Shown: positions 32,510-44,532 of the stretch, piece by piece
Numbering within the stretch: the first letter of the stretch is position 1
Layout: every line of letters begins with the position of its first letter
From: the human T2T-CHM13v2.0 reference genome, Homo sapiens
Direction: 5' to 3' (one strand)
NCBI RefSeq assembly: GCF_009914755.1
Contig: NC_060931.1
DNA length: 64,000 nucleotides
Made by a program: the position numbers and the translations under genes
The notes under the pieces: generated by a model
What the model saw: only the letters and a program-made list of their open reading frames with translations
What the model was told of the DNA's origin: nothing
The model's database searches: none

Positions 32510-32778
32510 TTTTTTTTAACTTTTATTTTAAGTTCACAGTTACAACTGCAGGTTTGTTACGTTGGTAAACTTGTGTCATGGAGGTTTGTTTTACAGGTTA
32601 TTTCATCAGCCTGGTATTAAGCCTAGTACCCATTAGTACATTTTTCCTGATCCTCTTCCTCCTCCCACCTCCTGCCCTCCAAAAGGCCTCAGTGTGTGTT
32701 GTTCCCCTTTATGTGTCCATGTGTTCTCATCATTTAGCTCCTACATATAAGTGAGAACATGAGGTATTTGGTTTTCTG
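32510..32778 (-). mobile_element. L1PA (older subfamily) 3' end
   Basis: ttttattttaagttc...gtattaagcctagtacccattag...ataagtgagaacatgaggtatttggttttctg. Confidence 0.85.
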
Positions 32779-33458
32779 AAAATTTCCATGTGTCTATCAA
32801 GAATAGCTTGGGAGGAAGGTTGAGAGTAAATGTTATCATGATCCCAAAACATCTGCCTGGGGAAACATTATTTTTAAAGTATCAGAATGACTCCCTCATG
32901 CAGCCCAGGCTATTTTCTGGAAAAGTGACATCCTAGTTAGCCTTGTCATAGAAGTAGGCCCTAAGGCAAGGATTTGCACACAAGCAGTTAATTTGAGAAG
33001 AATAGGGAGTATCATCAGCGGGAACTAGGAAAGCAATACAAGGAAGGGAAGGGAGCTATAAGGTTACTATTAAGTCTGCTACCATGGTCAGGTTATGTTG
33101 GTGGGAAAACTTGGGGAAACAGCACCTGCTGCAGAATTATCCCATCCAAGGGGCAAGAGAACAAGTATTTATTTCCAAGTGGCAAGTTGGTTGAAGGCTG
33201 CTGCCGGGGCAGGGGGTGAAGATGGTGAGTGTTAATTCTCTGGCACTTCTGGCCTACCTGCTCCTGGGCAGAGCAAGACAGAGAAATTTTCACTGTTCTG
33301 CAGAGAGAAAAAAGACTATGGGCCCCACCATGCAGATACTGAAAAGAACAAAGGTAATAAACAGAGCACTCAGGGCATCTATTCAGGTGGCCTGATCCTA
33401 CAGAGACTCCTCCAAAAGGCTGGGGGCATCCTCTACATCCTTGTCCACTCACACTCAC

Positions 33459-33622
33459 CTTGGAGGTGATTCTTTCCTGGACTAAAGACCCAGATGTATC
33501 TGAGGGTGAAAAGCAGGTATTGTTTTAGTACTAGTTTTGGTAGCAAGTGAAGAGCACATAAAATTTTCTTGGTTGTTCCAAAATGTCCACCACTTTGTAA
33601 TAAGAACAAAGTCTGCACAGAT
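33459..33622 (-). ncRNA. Candidate exon of an antisense lncRNA (possibly COMETT/LINC01510)
   Basis: Minus-strand acceptor aattttccttttAG and donor AAG/GTGAGT; 164 nt of unique sequence. Confidence 0.4.
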
Positions 33623-34879
33623 CTAAAAGGAAAATTCTAATTTTAGCAGATTTGAAGCCCCTCAAGTTAGTTTCCCTGGCTCTATGCTATTAGCCACATA
33701 ATCCAACTTTGCCTGCTTCTTGTCCCTCCCAGATTTAGCAGTGAGGCTGAAATTCTGCAGTGCCATGAGTGCCTGCACAGTTTCTGAACTTTCCCTCTTC
33801 TGGCCTCATATTTCCTGAAGCTGAAGGGAAGGGGACAGCTGACTGCCATTCCCACAGCTTTAGACCCTTCCTCTCACTTCTGCCCCGGCAAGGGAAACTG
33901 AGTTGTATCAGTCCTGCTCCCTGGGCCCCTGACACCATGACAGGGAAGAAAATCTGCCAAAGATCTATGGTTACTTGGATTCACTGAGCTGAGATGGTCA
34001 AATCTAATGCATCTTCACATCCTGTGCGGGTAAATGCCCCACCTAAGGGAGATGTTACTTATAGATGTAGAGCAATTCCAGGGATCTACCAGGGGACTGG
34101 TAGAGCCACACTTCCTTAACAATCATAGAATTACAGATTCACCTGGGGCTCATGGCTCACGGGTTGCCAAGTTACCTCACCAAGCAAATGTGATGGAATT
34201 ACCAAGACAGGTTTAGATCTGTGGTGGAACAGGCCACAAAGTTCCTGAGATCTCTCTGACTTCTGGCTTAGGGACTCAACCACTATGTCTACCAGATTCA
34301 AGGAAAAAGAAAACAGGTGTGTATGACTCTGCATTCCTCAACCCCAAACAGTTGAAGAAAGTGGAGGCTTAGTTCCACCAAGTCTGGCAGAGCACAGAGA
34401 TTCCCCTCCGTCAGGTGGTATGGCCTAGAATTTGACTGTACACATCACATCCAGATCATTTGTCCCTGAGCACTTATCCAGAGCCCAGACTACAGCTTCT
34501 CTCTCAGTTGATTTTATTAGCCAAGGAATCATGACCTAGTTTCTGCCTTGGAGTTGCTGAGATCTCTCTGGCTTATCCCAGGATCAGAACCTGTTTGGGC
34601 CCAGATCATTTGGCTGTGACCTTCCTATCCTGCAACACTGCCTGGTTCTTCCAAGTAATGCCCAGAAGACTGAACCCTATTCTCAATGTCTCTGCCACTG
34701 GCCTCTTCAAACTAAAGAGACTCTCCTAGAAGCAGGTACAACTCATCATCTGACTTCAAGACTCCCAATTCCTGGAAGAAAAGCACCTGTGCTTGACATA
34801 GCAGGGTCTTGACATTAATACCAGCCAAGCTGAGAAGTGGACTTTGGCCACTGAGGCAGAGACTGGCTAGTTTATGCAT

Positions 34880-35470
34880 GAAAATCTTTTACCTTTCCTC
34901 CTGGGCACACAGCTAGACAACACTTCCCAGCCTTTCTTGCAGTGACCATGTGCCTAAGATCTGGCACTAGAATCTGAGCAGAAATTGTGTGCTCCATTTC
35001 TGGACCTGGATGATAAAAATCTCATGTGTGATTCTACACTCTTCCTCTATATGTCAGCTGGATATCTAGACCAAGGGCATCCATGAAAACCCCATGTTGA
35101 AAGGACACAACATCTCTCAGCTTGGGTCCTCAAAAGGCTACACAGAGGCCGAGCATGGTGGCTCATGCCTATAATCCCAGCTACTCGGTAGGCTGAGGAA
35201 TGAGGATCACTTAAACCCGGGAAGCATAGGTTGTTGTGAGCCAAGATCGTGCCACTGTACTCCAGCCTGGGGGACAGAGCAAGACCCTGTCTGAAAAAAA
35301 AAAAAAAAAGACTACACATAGGAAAGTACCATCCCCCACAGCCCACAGCCTACCCCACCCTCCAGCACTAATGGACTTTTCCATGCGTAAGAAATTTCCA
35401 TTGTGTGAGCCACTAATATTTGAAGGTTTATCTGTTATAGCAGCTGGACTTACATTATCCAACACAGTCA
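34880..35470 (+). mobile_element. MaLR LTR (MLT1I/J-like) interrupted by an Alu monomer
   Basis: cacttcccagcctttcttgcagtgaccatgtg...attgtgtgagccactaatatttgaaggtttatctgttatagcagc. Confidence 0.65.
35147..35309 (+). mobile_element. Alu right-arm monomer (FRAM-like) with TSD
   Basis: Single monomer; TSD aaaaggctacacaga (35132-35146) / aaaagactacacata (35306-35320). Confidence 0.85.
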
Positions 35471-36562
35471 CCCACGACCAAAGCTAGGCTCCCAGCCAAG
35501 TAAGTGACCCCAGCTGTCTGTAGCTTGCTCCCCTCTCACAGTTGTGGAGGTCCCAGCTCTCCATACTGCCCAAGGAGACAGTTTGAGATACGTGGGTGAG
35601 TAGAAGGGTGGGAGACACAGGAGATGTTTCTCAAGGGAAAAGCTTTGACTCTTCCATGTTTTGTAATCAGGAATTTTCCATGGTCGCACAGTGAGTCAGA
35701 GGAAAAGCCATAATTTTCATCCTCCCTCTGCTGGGGCAGCTGTCTTCCTGCAGGATGGGGTCTAAGCTCCATTCCTAGGAAGGAGGGGGTCAGTAAGGAG
35801 AAGGGTCATCAACTCAGGATCCTACCTTCTCATGGAAACCACTGAGAAGACTAAGCACACCAGCCGCACACAAGTGAGGAGATTTTAAATCAGCTGGACA
35901 ATCCTTTTTTGGTTTAAATATAGTATTGTTTCATCCCTCTCCCATGTGATTTTATCCCATCAATATTTTTAATGTCATTAGAACTGCCCATTCCCATCAT
36001 TTAACCTGTAAACTACATTGCCCAACTCATTGGTACCAAGAAGCAAATTGCAAAGTTCCACCCTGTGGTGTCACAGGGCTAAGTGCAGCCACCCAAATGC
36101 ATAGCGAATTTGTTAAAGACAGGAAAGAAAACAAGCTCTAACTAGGCTTCTTGAGGCTCCCAATGCTGCTTGGTCACCACAATCAGTGAGTTTCCTCCAG
36201 AAAAGGGTTCATGCAGCTCTCGAGTCTAGCATGTCTTCAGGGAATTTAGGAATGTTTCTTTCATCAGCTCTACCCTGAGGGGAAAGATTCCTCAGAGCAA
36301 TGTAAAAAGCACAGGGCAAAGAAAGAGGAGGAGGCTTGTGACATGTGGCAGCCCTTCTCTACAGAGAGTGGATGGGCCTGGGAGCCAGTGCATTGCTGGG
36401 ACTATATTTAGTTCATCCAGTGACATCTTTGCGCCTCAGTGCCATCTCTCACGATAGCAAGAGACTGTGAGACTGAACATTTTTCTCATTGTAACAGGGG
36501 TCTGACTCACTAGTTTAAAAAAAAATCTGAGAACGATGAGACCCAAGGGGACAACAGAGTTC

Positions 36563-36653
36563 CAAAAAAAAAAGAAAGAAAAAAGAAAGAAGAAAGAAAG
36601 CAAGAAAGAAAGCAAGAAAGCAAGAAAGCAAGAAAGCAAGAAAGCAAGAAAGC

Positions 36654-36716
<63 letters not shown>
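36563..36716 (+). repeat. Compound (GCAAGAAA)n-(GAAA)n microsatellite
   Basis: Direct reading; no Alu body precedes it. Confidence 0.95.
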
Positions 36717-37112
36717 GGTCAAGCATTCCTGTAGGCTGAATAAAAAGACAACAGTCCTGGAAACATTTTCTAGGAGGTCTCCAATATTTTCTAGGAGGTC
36801 TCCAATGAGCAATTTTTTGCTAGCACAAAATTCTAAATTGTACCAAATACTAGTTCATAATTTCCATCGAGTTCTGAAAAACATAAGCCTATTTTTACAA
36901 TGAGTTTTTGAAACTGAAACTGTAAGTGCTAACTGGAGACCAGCATGTGTCTCACTGCTGTTAACCTTTGAGGAACTGACTCCAAATTGCAGGGGTGCCA
37001 CTTTCAAGCCAACAGGTGGCCTCTTTGAGTTAGGTCTTGACTCCCAAAAGTTGATATAGACATGTTGAATATTTTTCAACCAATTCTCTTCTAATTCTGT
37101 GAATAGCTTACT

Positions 37113-37335
37113 ACAGAGTTTAACAAACTTTTTCTAGACCAGATAGCAAATATTTTTTAGGCTTTGCAGGTCATATGGTCTTTGTCACAATGAGTGAACA
37201 TTGCCATTTTGGCACTAAAGCAACCAGAGATAATAGGTGAATGAATGGGCATGGCTGTGTTCCAATTAAACTGTTTTATTGGGGGAAAAATAGGCAGTGG
37301 GCTGAATTTATCCTGTGACTGTGATTTGCTAACAT
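37113..37335. mobile_element. MER58A-like DNA transposon
   Basis: aacaaactttttct...aaatattttttaggctttgcaggtcatatggtct...gggcatggctgtgttccaattaaact. Confidence 0.75.
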
Positions 37336-39115
37336 TTCACTTACTACTGGCCAGTACTAGTGTTGCTGATACTGGCTCACAAATACCACCCAGGGCTTCA
37401 CCCTGTCCTATGACCAGAGCCACCTCCACCCCCATCCCAGCAAGCTGTCTCAAAAAACTTCTCCTGGCCCAAAAAGACCAAGAAAGAAAAAAATTAATCT
37501 ATCCCTGTATTTCTATCAGTACCACAGGATTATCAAAACAAACTCTAACTTTTTAGGAAACAAAGTGACTGGAAATCTGAAATTGATTGCATTTTCAAAC
37601 TTCTTTTAAGTTTGACCCCAAAAGAAGAATGAAGTTTCTTGAAACTCCTGCATCCACTGACAGGAATTGGATTCTTACTCAATGTATCGGAAATTAGACC
37701 TTTGTAACACCTGGTTTTCTTGATTATAGATAGGCCATGTTCCAGGACTACTATACAATATTTGGTTTGTAGGAAGTACTCAAACCCAGGGTTGTGAGAA
37801 GAGTCTGTGGCACTAGGGGCCTGGTAGTTTCCATTATTTTGCCTAAAAATCAATGTTAATGTCAATGTCTCAAAAATCAATGTCAATGTTGAGTTAACCA
37901 TCCAAAGTGTGGATGTTTCTACTTTCTTAGTACCTTGGAGAGGTTCTCTGGATAAATAACAAAAGGAATTAGCTACTTAAGAATGGTACACAGGCTTATA
38001 AATAACTCGTGTAGGCATGCATAACTAATACATTTTTCCAAGGACATGGTAAACTCTTCCCATCTCAAGTAAAACCTCAAAATCTACATCCTGGTTCTGG
38101 CTCTTTTCACAGGGTAAAGTCATGGAGTTGGATGAGAAAGGTCTTTTTCTTAAGGCAGGGTAACTTTTAGAAGACAGGAATTCTGGAAGGGGCCAGGGTT
38201 TGATGTTAATCTAGCCCAGATGCAAAGGGAAGGTACAAAGTCAGGCACACCCGGCCCCATGTGCACGTAGGACACGACAACTGGAAAAGACGTCAAGAGA
38301 TAACAGACGGTCCAGTGGCATTTGTCCTGACCAGGTATATCTAAACCTGTCTGATTTACCCATGGTCAGTAGCCAAAAGAAGGAAGCAACAGCATGCAGC
38401 TGTATTCACGGAAACCACCGGAGAAACTTTTCTCATTGCTTCCAGCCCTACCTTTAGTTCCTGACTTCCCCAGCTCTGCCTGTCTTCTGAACCTTCACCT
38501 TTATGGAAGGTAGAATTGAGGAGCTATTAGAAAGCCAGGTTTATAAACTGTGATGGTTCCAAAACCCTAGGTACACAGTAAAATCACCTGGGGATTTTAT
38601 AAAAATCCCAATACCCAGGCCATATCCTAAGCCAACTACATTAGGTTTTCTAGGCGTGGGACCAGATATCAGTCTGTTCTCAAGCTCCCAGGGCCACTGA
38701 GTTCATATCAGATGATCTGAGTTCGAAGTCCAGTATAAACAATTACCTCTTCTCTGTCTGTCTCAGTTTTCTCACCTGTAAATGGTGATCATTATAGTCT
38801 CTAATTTATAAGATTGCAAGGATTAAATGAGTTCATTCACATAAAAATATCAGCACAGTTCTTAAATGTTAGTTCTTAGCACCGAGTTTCCTCTTCTTGA
38901 CTTCCCATGTTTGAATTTCAATGCCTTCCACATCCTTAGCTTTTCCTCATCCTCCCTGCCTGTATCAGTTGCTCTAGGTATGCTCTGGGGACAGCCTAGT
39001 ACTCCAGGCTGTGTAGTTGGCACCCTGGCCAGGATCACCCTTGCCACTGAGGGCCCCTGGACAGGACTTGAAGGGTCAAACACCGAGGAAACACTGACAG
39101 AGGGTGGTAACAGAG

Positions 39116-39227
39116 AGGGTGACCCACTGCCCTAAACTGCCCCAGGACTGAGGTATTTCCCAGGTTACAGGACTTGGAGAGCTAAAATCAGGACAGCCTC
39201 AGTAATCCAGGGCAGCTGGTCACTGTA
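39116..39227. mobile_element. Short hAT-Blackjack element (MER81/MER94-like)
   Basis: Imperfect terminal inverted repeats agggtgacc ... ggtcactgt. Confidence 0.5.
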
Positions 39228-39964
39228 ATTGGAACAGATAGTCCAGGAAATCAGTGCAGGCAGGGGTTATCTTTAGGAAAGTCAATGAACAGGAAGTCAG
39301 GGTCTCGAGGTTAGACTCCACCGCTACACAAGGATAAAGTGAAAGAAGAAAAGGAACTGCAAGAACAAGGCAGGACCCCAGCCCTACAGGCAACAGGCCA
39401 GCGCCTTTTAAGAGATGCAGCACCTCCGTTAACAAAACTGGCAAGATGGCAGTATTGTAAGGTCAAGGCCCAATTAGCATAGGTGGCACGAGTGTTGAGC
39501 TAAAAATGCATAAATCCCTAAGACTTAAACAAAGCTGAACTATATAGGAAGAAACCTCAGCCCCAAAGAGATGCTGGCTAACGTACTCTGCCCTGCATGA
39601 TCTACTCTTGACCTCTTTTTTCCTGTTTAACATTTTTTTAATTGTGGTAAATATACACATAACATATTTACCTTCTCAACCATGTTAAGTGTACAGTTAG
39701 TAAAGTATATTCACATTGTTAAGCAATTTCCAGAACCTTTTTAATCTTTCAAAACTGAAACTCTATTCATTGGACAATTCCCCATTTCTTTCTTCTGAGT
39801 CCCTAGCAGTCGCCATTCTAATTTCTGTTTCTATAAGCTTATCTACCCTAGATACCTCATACAAGTGGAATCAAGCAGTATTTGTCTTTTTGTGACTGGC
39901 TTATTTCACTTAGCACAATGTCCTCAAGGTTCACCCATGTCGTAGCATGTATCAGAATATATAT

Positions 39965-40830
39965 TGATATGGTTTGGCTCTGTCCCCACCGAAATCTCAT
40001 CTTGAATTGTAACTCCCACAATTTCTACGTGTCGTGGGAGGGGCCCAGTGGGAGGTAATTAAATCATAGCGGCAGGTCTTTCCTGTACTATTCTCACGAT
40101 AGTGAGTAAGTCTCGTGAGATCTGATGGTTCTACAAGGGAGAGTTCTCCTACACAAGCTTGCTCTTGCCGCAGCCATGTAAGAAGTACCTTTCACCTTCC
40201 ACCGCGATTATGAGGCCTCCCTAGCCACGTGGAACTGTAAGCCTATTAAACCTCTTTCTTTTTTTTTTTTTTTTGGTTCTAATTGCCTTTTCTTTTTTTT
40301 TATTTTACTTTAACTTCTGGGATACATGTGCAGAACGTGCAGGTTTGTTACATAGGTATACATGCACATGTATGTTTATTGCAGCACTATATACAATAGC
40401 ACAGAGTTGGAACCAACCCAAATGCCCATCAATAATTGACTGGATAAAGAAAATATAGCATATATGTACCATGGAATACTAGGCAGCCATAAAAAAGGAT
40501 GAGTTCATGTCCTTTGTGGGGACATGGATGAAGCTGGAAACCATAATTCTCTGCAAACTTACACAGGAACAGAAAACCAAACAACGCATGTTCTCACTTA
40601 TAAGTGGGAGCTGAACCATGAGAAAACATGGACACAGGGAGGGGAACATTGCACACCGGGGCCTGTTGAGGGTGGGGGGCAAGGGAGAGCATTAGGACAA
40701 ATACCTAATGCATGCAGGGTTTAAAACTTAGATGATGGGTTGATGGGTGCAGCAAATCTCTTTCTTTTGTAAATTGCCCAGTCCAGTCTTGGGTATGTCT
40801 TTATCAGCAGCGTGAAAACAGACTAATACA
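39965..40830 (+). mobile_element. THE1 solo LTR (THE1B/C-like), interrupted by L1PA
   Basis: Starts tgatatggtttggctctgtcccc; ends tctttatcagcagcgtgaaaacagactaataca; 5-bp flanks tatat/tatgt. Confidence 0.92.
40263..40753 (-). mobile_element. 5'-truncated L1PA (PA7/8-like) with internal inversion
   Basis: Antisense poly-T and 3' terminus (to ~40363) joined to a sense-oriented ORF2-end/3' UTR piece (~40364-40756); TSD aaacctctttctttt / aaatctctttctttt. Confidence 0.9.
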
Positions 40831-43282
40831 TATGTCCTTTTAGAGGCTAATATTCCATTCTATGTATATACTGCATGTTGTTTATTCATTCATTCATCCA
40901 CGGACATTTGGGTGGCTTTCCCCTTCTGGCTGTTGTGAATAATGCTGCTATGAACACGAGGGTACAGATATCTCTTCAAGGCCCTGATTTCAATTCTTTT
41001 GAGTCTTCACCCAGAAGTAAGGTTGTCTTGAGCTCTTCTTAGGTTCTCATCCTGACTACCGTGCCTCTGTACAGTGGGACACAGAGCCACCCTCCCCACA
41101 GAGGAGCTCTCTCCTCCTGCTACCATTATCGTGGCAGTAGTTCCTGCCTCTTTTGTACGTTCAAACTCTTGGGATTGGAATGTTAATTTTCTCTGCATTA
41201 TCATCCATTCATTCACTTATTGGAGAAATATTTACTGTAAGTCTGAGACCTGAAGACCAAGAAGATGATGGCCTTGTGAAAACTAGAGGAGGAGAAGAGC
41301 ATTCAGGGTCCAGTGAGTGTGGGTGTGGAGATTTGGCTTACACTTGCTTAATCTCCTCTCACTCTCCCTGTGTTTGTACTCCATGCTCTTTTACACCATG
41401 CTGTATGCATCCTGGTTTCAAACAGAGTCAGGGACTTCAGCTGGTACATTCCCAGTCATTTCATTATGAGCAGGCTCTCCCCAACCTTCCCCTGACCCAG
41501 TGGCCTCACCACATCCTGCTGCCTAGCACTTGCTTATTTCTGGCCTGACAAAACGCCTAGTGGATGCTCTCAGTGCATCGACTCTTGGAAACAATGATTC
41601 TTCCTCTCTACTACCCAGTAGAGTGAGAGAGGTTCTTTATCTTGCCTAAGTGTTTTGAGGCACACAAGAAAAACCACAAAGGCAGAGCTTCCCTGGACAC
41701 TTCCTCTCCTTTAGGGGAAAACAAAATCAATTCTCTCTCTCTCCCTCCCTCCCTCCCTCCCGAAGCCTCCCCACTGCCCTCCAAGTTTTTCACGTTGACA
41801 AATCAGACTGGAAGCCTGTATGACAGCCACTTTTCAGTATTTAACAATAACCCTCCCTACATCATCTACAAGTTATGTCTTCAACACACAAGGACAGTTT
41901 CTAGGACAAGCATTATCCAGGACTTTGCTACTCATATTAAAGGGCAGCATCCTATCCGCAAATCACACCCTCCAGTCTGCCCCCCTCTGACAATTCAAGA
42001 AAACTTACAGAATATTGGTTTATTGCATTTATCATTTCAGGGTTTGAGGATGTTTTAAGTTAATGATTTCCCTTTTTTTTTATTGTGCCAAAATCTTGTT
42101 CAAACACAATGAAATAAAACATGTAGATACAGGTTTCATTTCCATTGGTTGTCTGAGGCTAAAAATAAGAAGCCAGTGCTTAATGCTGACTTTTAATCTT
42201 ATTGTGTGAGACCTTATCAATGTTTCCAAAATGCAGATTTAAAAAATAGCTGTGGTTAGGGTTTGAGAGGATATTCTGTGAATTCTAGTGCATGCACTGC
42301 CATCTACTGGACATTTATGATATAAAACTAAGCTGCATAGAAATAAGTGTATTTAATCACTGAAGACTCTGTAGAAGACAATACTAATGACATTACTCTT
42401 TAGAAAAAAGATAAGTATCTGGATAGATTAATGGAATAAATAAGTATAATATGCAGGCACAACAATATTCCTGTCTGGAATTTCTTGTTACTAAAGAATT
42501 TGTATTTTCATCTGCAGAGTAATGTTTGTCACTCTAATGAATGCAGAATCACAGCATTCATGCTGATAAAATCATTTTCAAATTGTGGTTCCTTAATACG
42601 ACCAGGGAGAAGAGGCAACTCATATTGTCCTTCAGGTGGTGGAATTAAAGTAGGTATATGAGACTTCCCTTAGGATATTCTGTCTAATCATATATTCTGA
42701 AAAAAATTATGAGCATACTATCATGTACAGTTACAGAACTTCAGCAGTTTTTAAGAAATTTAACTCAATCACATCCACAATGCTGAACTTCTCATAAATA
42801 AAATTTAATATTCATTTCAGAAGGCAGTGCAGGGTTTTATAGTGTGTTGTGGCCATTATTTAACATATTAATTATTTTTGTATAATACTATTAAACACTT
42901 ACTTAGGTGACATTTCTACCTGTTTTTCTTCTGGATACATAAGGGTTATCCCTTAATTGGATGGTAGAAAACCATATGGATTTTACATTTTAAAATGTAC
43001 AAAGTAACTAGTTCTGAATATTTGACGTACATATGGGAGTGATATTCTTTTTTTGCACAGTAATTTGATAATAAGGCAGAAGTTTGGGGGCAGAGTGGGC
43101 TTAGGTGTAAAAAAGATAAAATTAATTATAGATATTACACCCAACCTTTATAAATCACATGTCATTTTACTTATTTTAGGCCAGACCTCCCTTCCATGCA
43201 TATGCATCGTACTAAGAAAGATGCTTTCAACAACAATGTAATAAATTGCTCCCAGTCGCCTTAAGCCTTAAGTCTTAGAGGG

Positions 43283-43302
43283 GTGTGTGTGTGTGTGTGT
43301 GT
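43283..43302 (+). repeat. (GT)10
   Basis: Direct reading. Confidence 0.95.
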
Positions 43303-43558
43303 TAGAGAAGTTGTTTATCAGAAGGAATTAGTCTCTTCAATGAAGGCAACAGAAGAAATCACGACAGAGTATATGCTAATGAAAGAGTTAAATGAGTGGA
43401 GTTTATTTTAGCTGCAAGAGCACACAAGAAAACATAGCGAATGATAAATAATTTGGAATTAGTCAACTGGGATGAGGTTTCTATTAAAATCCTTGAATGA
43501 GACCATTATCCTTTTAACAAAGAAAAAAAAAAGAAAGTCTGTATTTTAAGAAAGCTAA

Positions 43559-43823
43559 ATTTTTTATTGATACATAATGACCATACATATTTCTGGGGTA
43601 CATGTGAAACTTTGATAAATGCATACAATGTGTAATGATAAAATCAGGGCAATTGGGATATCTATCACTCAAACACTTATTATTTCTCTGTGTTGGGAAT
43701 ATTCCAAATCTTCTAGCTATTTTGAAATATACAATAAATTATTGTTAACTATAGTCACCCTACTCTGCTATTAAACACTAGAACTTATTCTTCCTATCTA
43801 ACTATGTTTTGGTACCCATTAAC
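43559..43823 (-). mobile_element. L1MA 3' end with TSD
   Basis: ctagctattttgaaatatacaataaattattgttaactatagtcaccctac motif; TSD aagaaagctaa at 43548-43558 and 43824-43834. Confidence 0.85.
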
Positions 43824-44329
43824 AAGAAAGCTAACTTGTTAAGTTAAATAAAATTTAAGGAAATTGTCTAAGTATTTTATCTTTTTTAGACACCATAACA
43901 AATAGGAAATAACATATTTTTATATCTCATGACACTCCTAGCTTTTGTTTAAACCTGAACTCTCAAATACAGAGAATTAGCTTAGAAAAATAACTGCAGG
44001 GGTTAGGCTTTGAAATTTATCTTACTAAGCATGACAGCATGTTCTCAATGTTTTGCATGTTTCAATCTTTGTTTGTGAACTAGAAAAAGCATCTTTATTT
44101 AAATTCAATTAAACCAGACCTACATAGCTGAAACCCTGAGAGAAAACACAATTATGGAATCAATCCCAAAGCACTTGTATGGTGAATTCAGGCAAAAATG
44201 GAAATGGTCAATGTGAAATAACAAGATTAATATACAGCCAATCAGTAAAGAAAGTAAATTAAGTATATTGGTGAATACCACCCCCAAATTCATCAAGAAA
44301 TTTTCATGTTTCCATACACTATAAATCTA

Positions 44330-44532
44330 TATTATCTAAGACTGCAGCCTCTAGACACATGTGGCTACTTACATTTAAATGAATCTTTCATTAGACAAAA
44401 TTAAAATTTAGTTCTTCAGTCTCACTAGCTACATTTCAAGTGCTCAGTAGCCACATGTGGCTAGTGGTTAAGGAGTGGACGGCACAGAGCTAGAATATTT
44501 TTATGATAACCAAAGCTCCATTAGATGGCGTT
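44330..44532. mobile_element. MER3/MER33-like DNA transposon
   Basis: cacactagctacatttcaagtgctcagtagccacatgtggctagtgg-type core. Confidence 0.7.

Larger units (their letters stand above)
39633..41025 (-). mobile_element. L1MB-like 3' end (two pieces: 39633-39964 and 40831-~41025) hosting a THE1 LTR
   Basis: tttaattgtggtaaatatacacataac...ttatttcacttagcacaatgtcctcaaggttcacccatgtcgtagcatgtatcagaat [insert] ccttttagaggctaatattccatt...aataatgctgctatgaaca. Confidence 0.85.

Noticed and set aside
40273-40724. ORFs with L1 ORF2 C-terminal similarity (MFIAALYTIAQSWNQPKCPS)
   Set aside because: Dead fragment of the truncated, inverted L1PA; not a functional gene.
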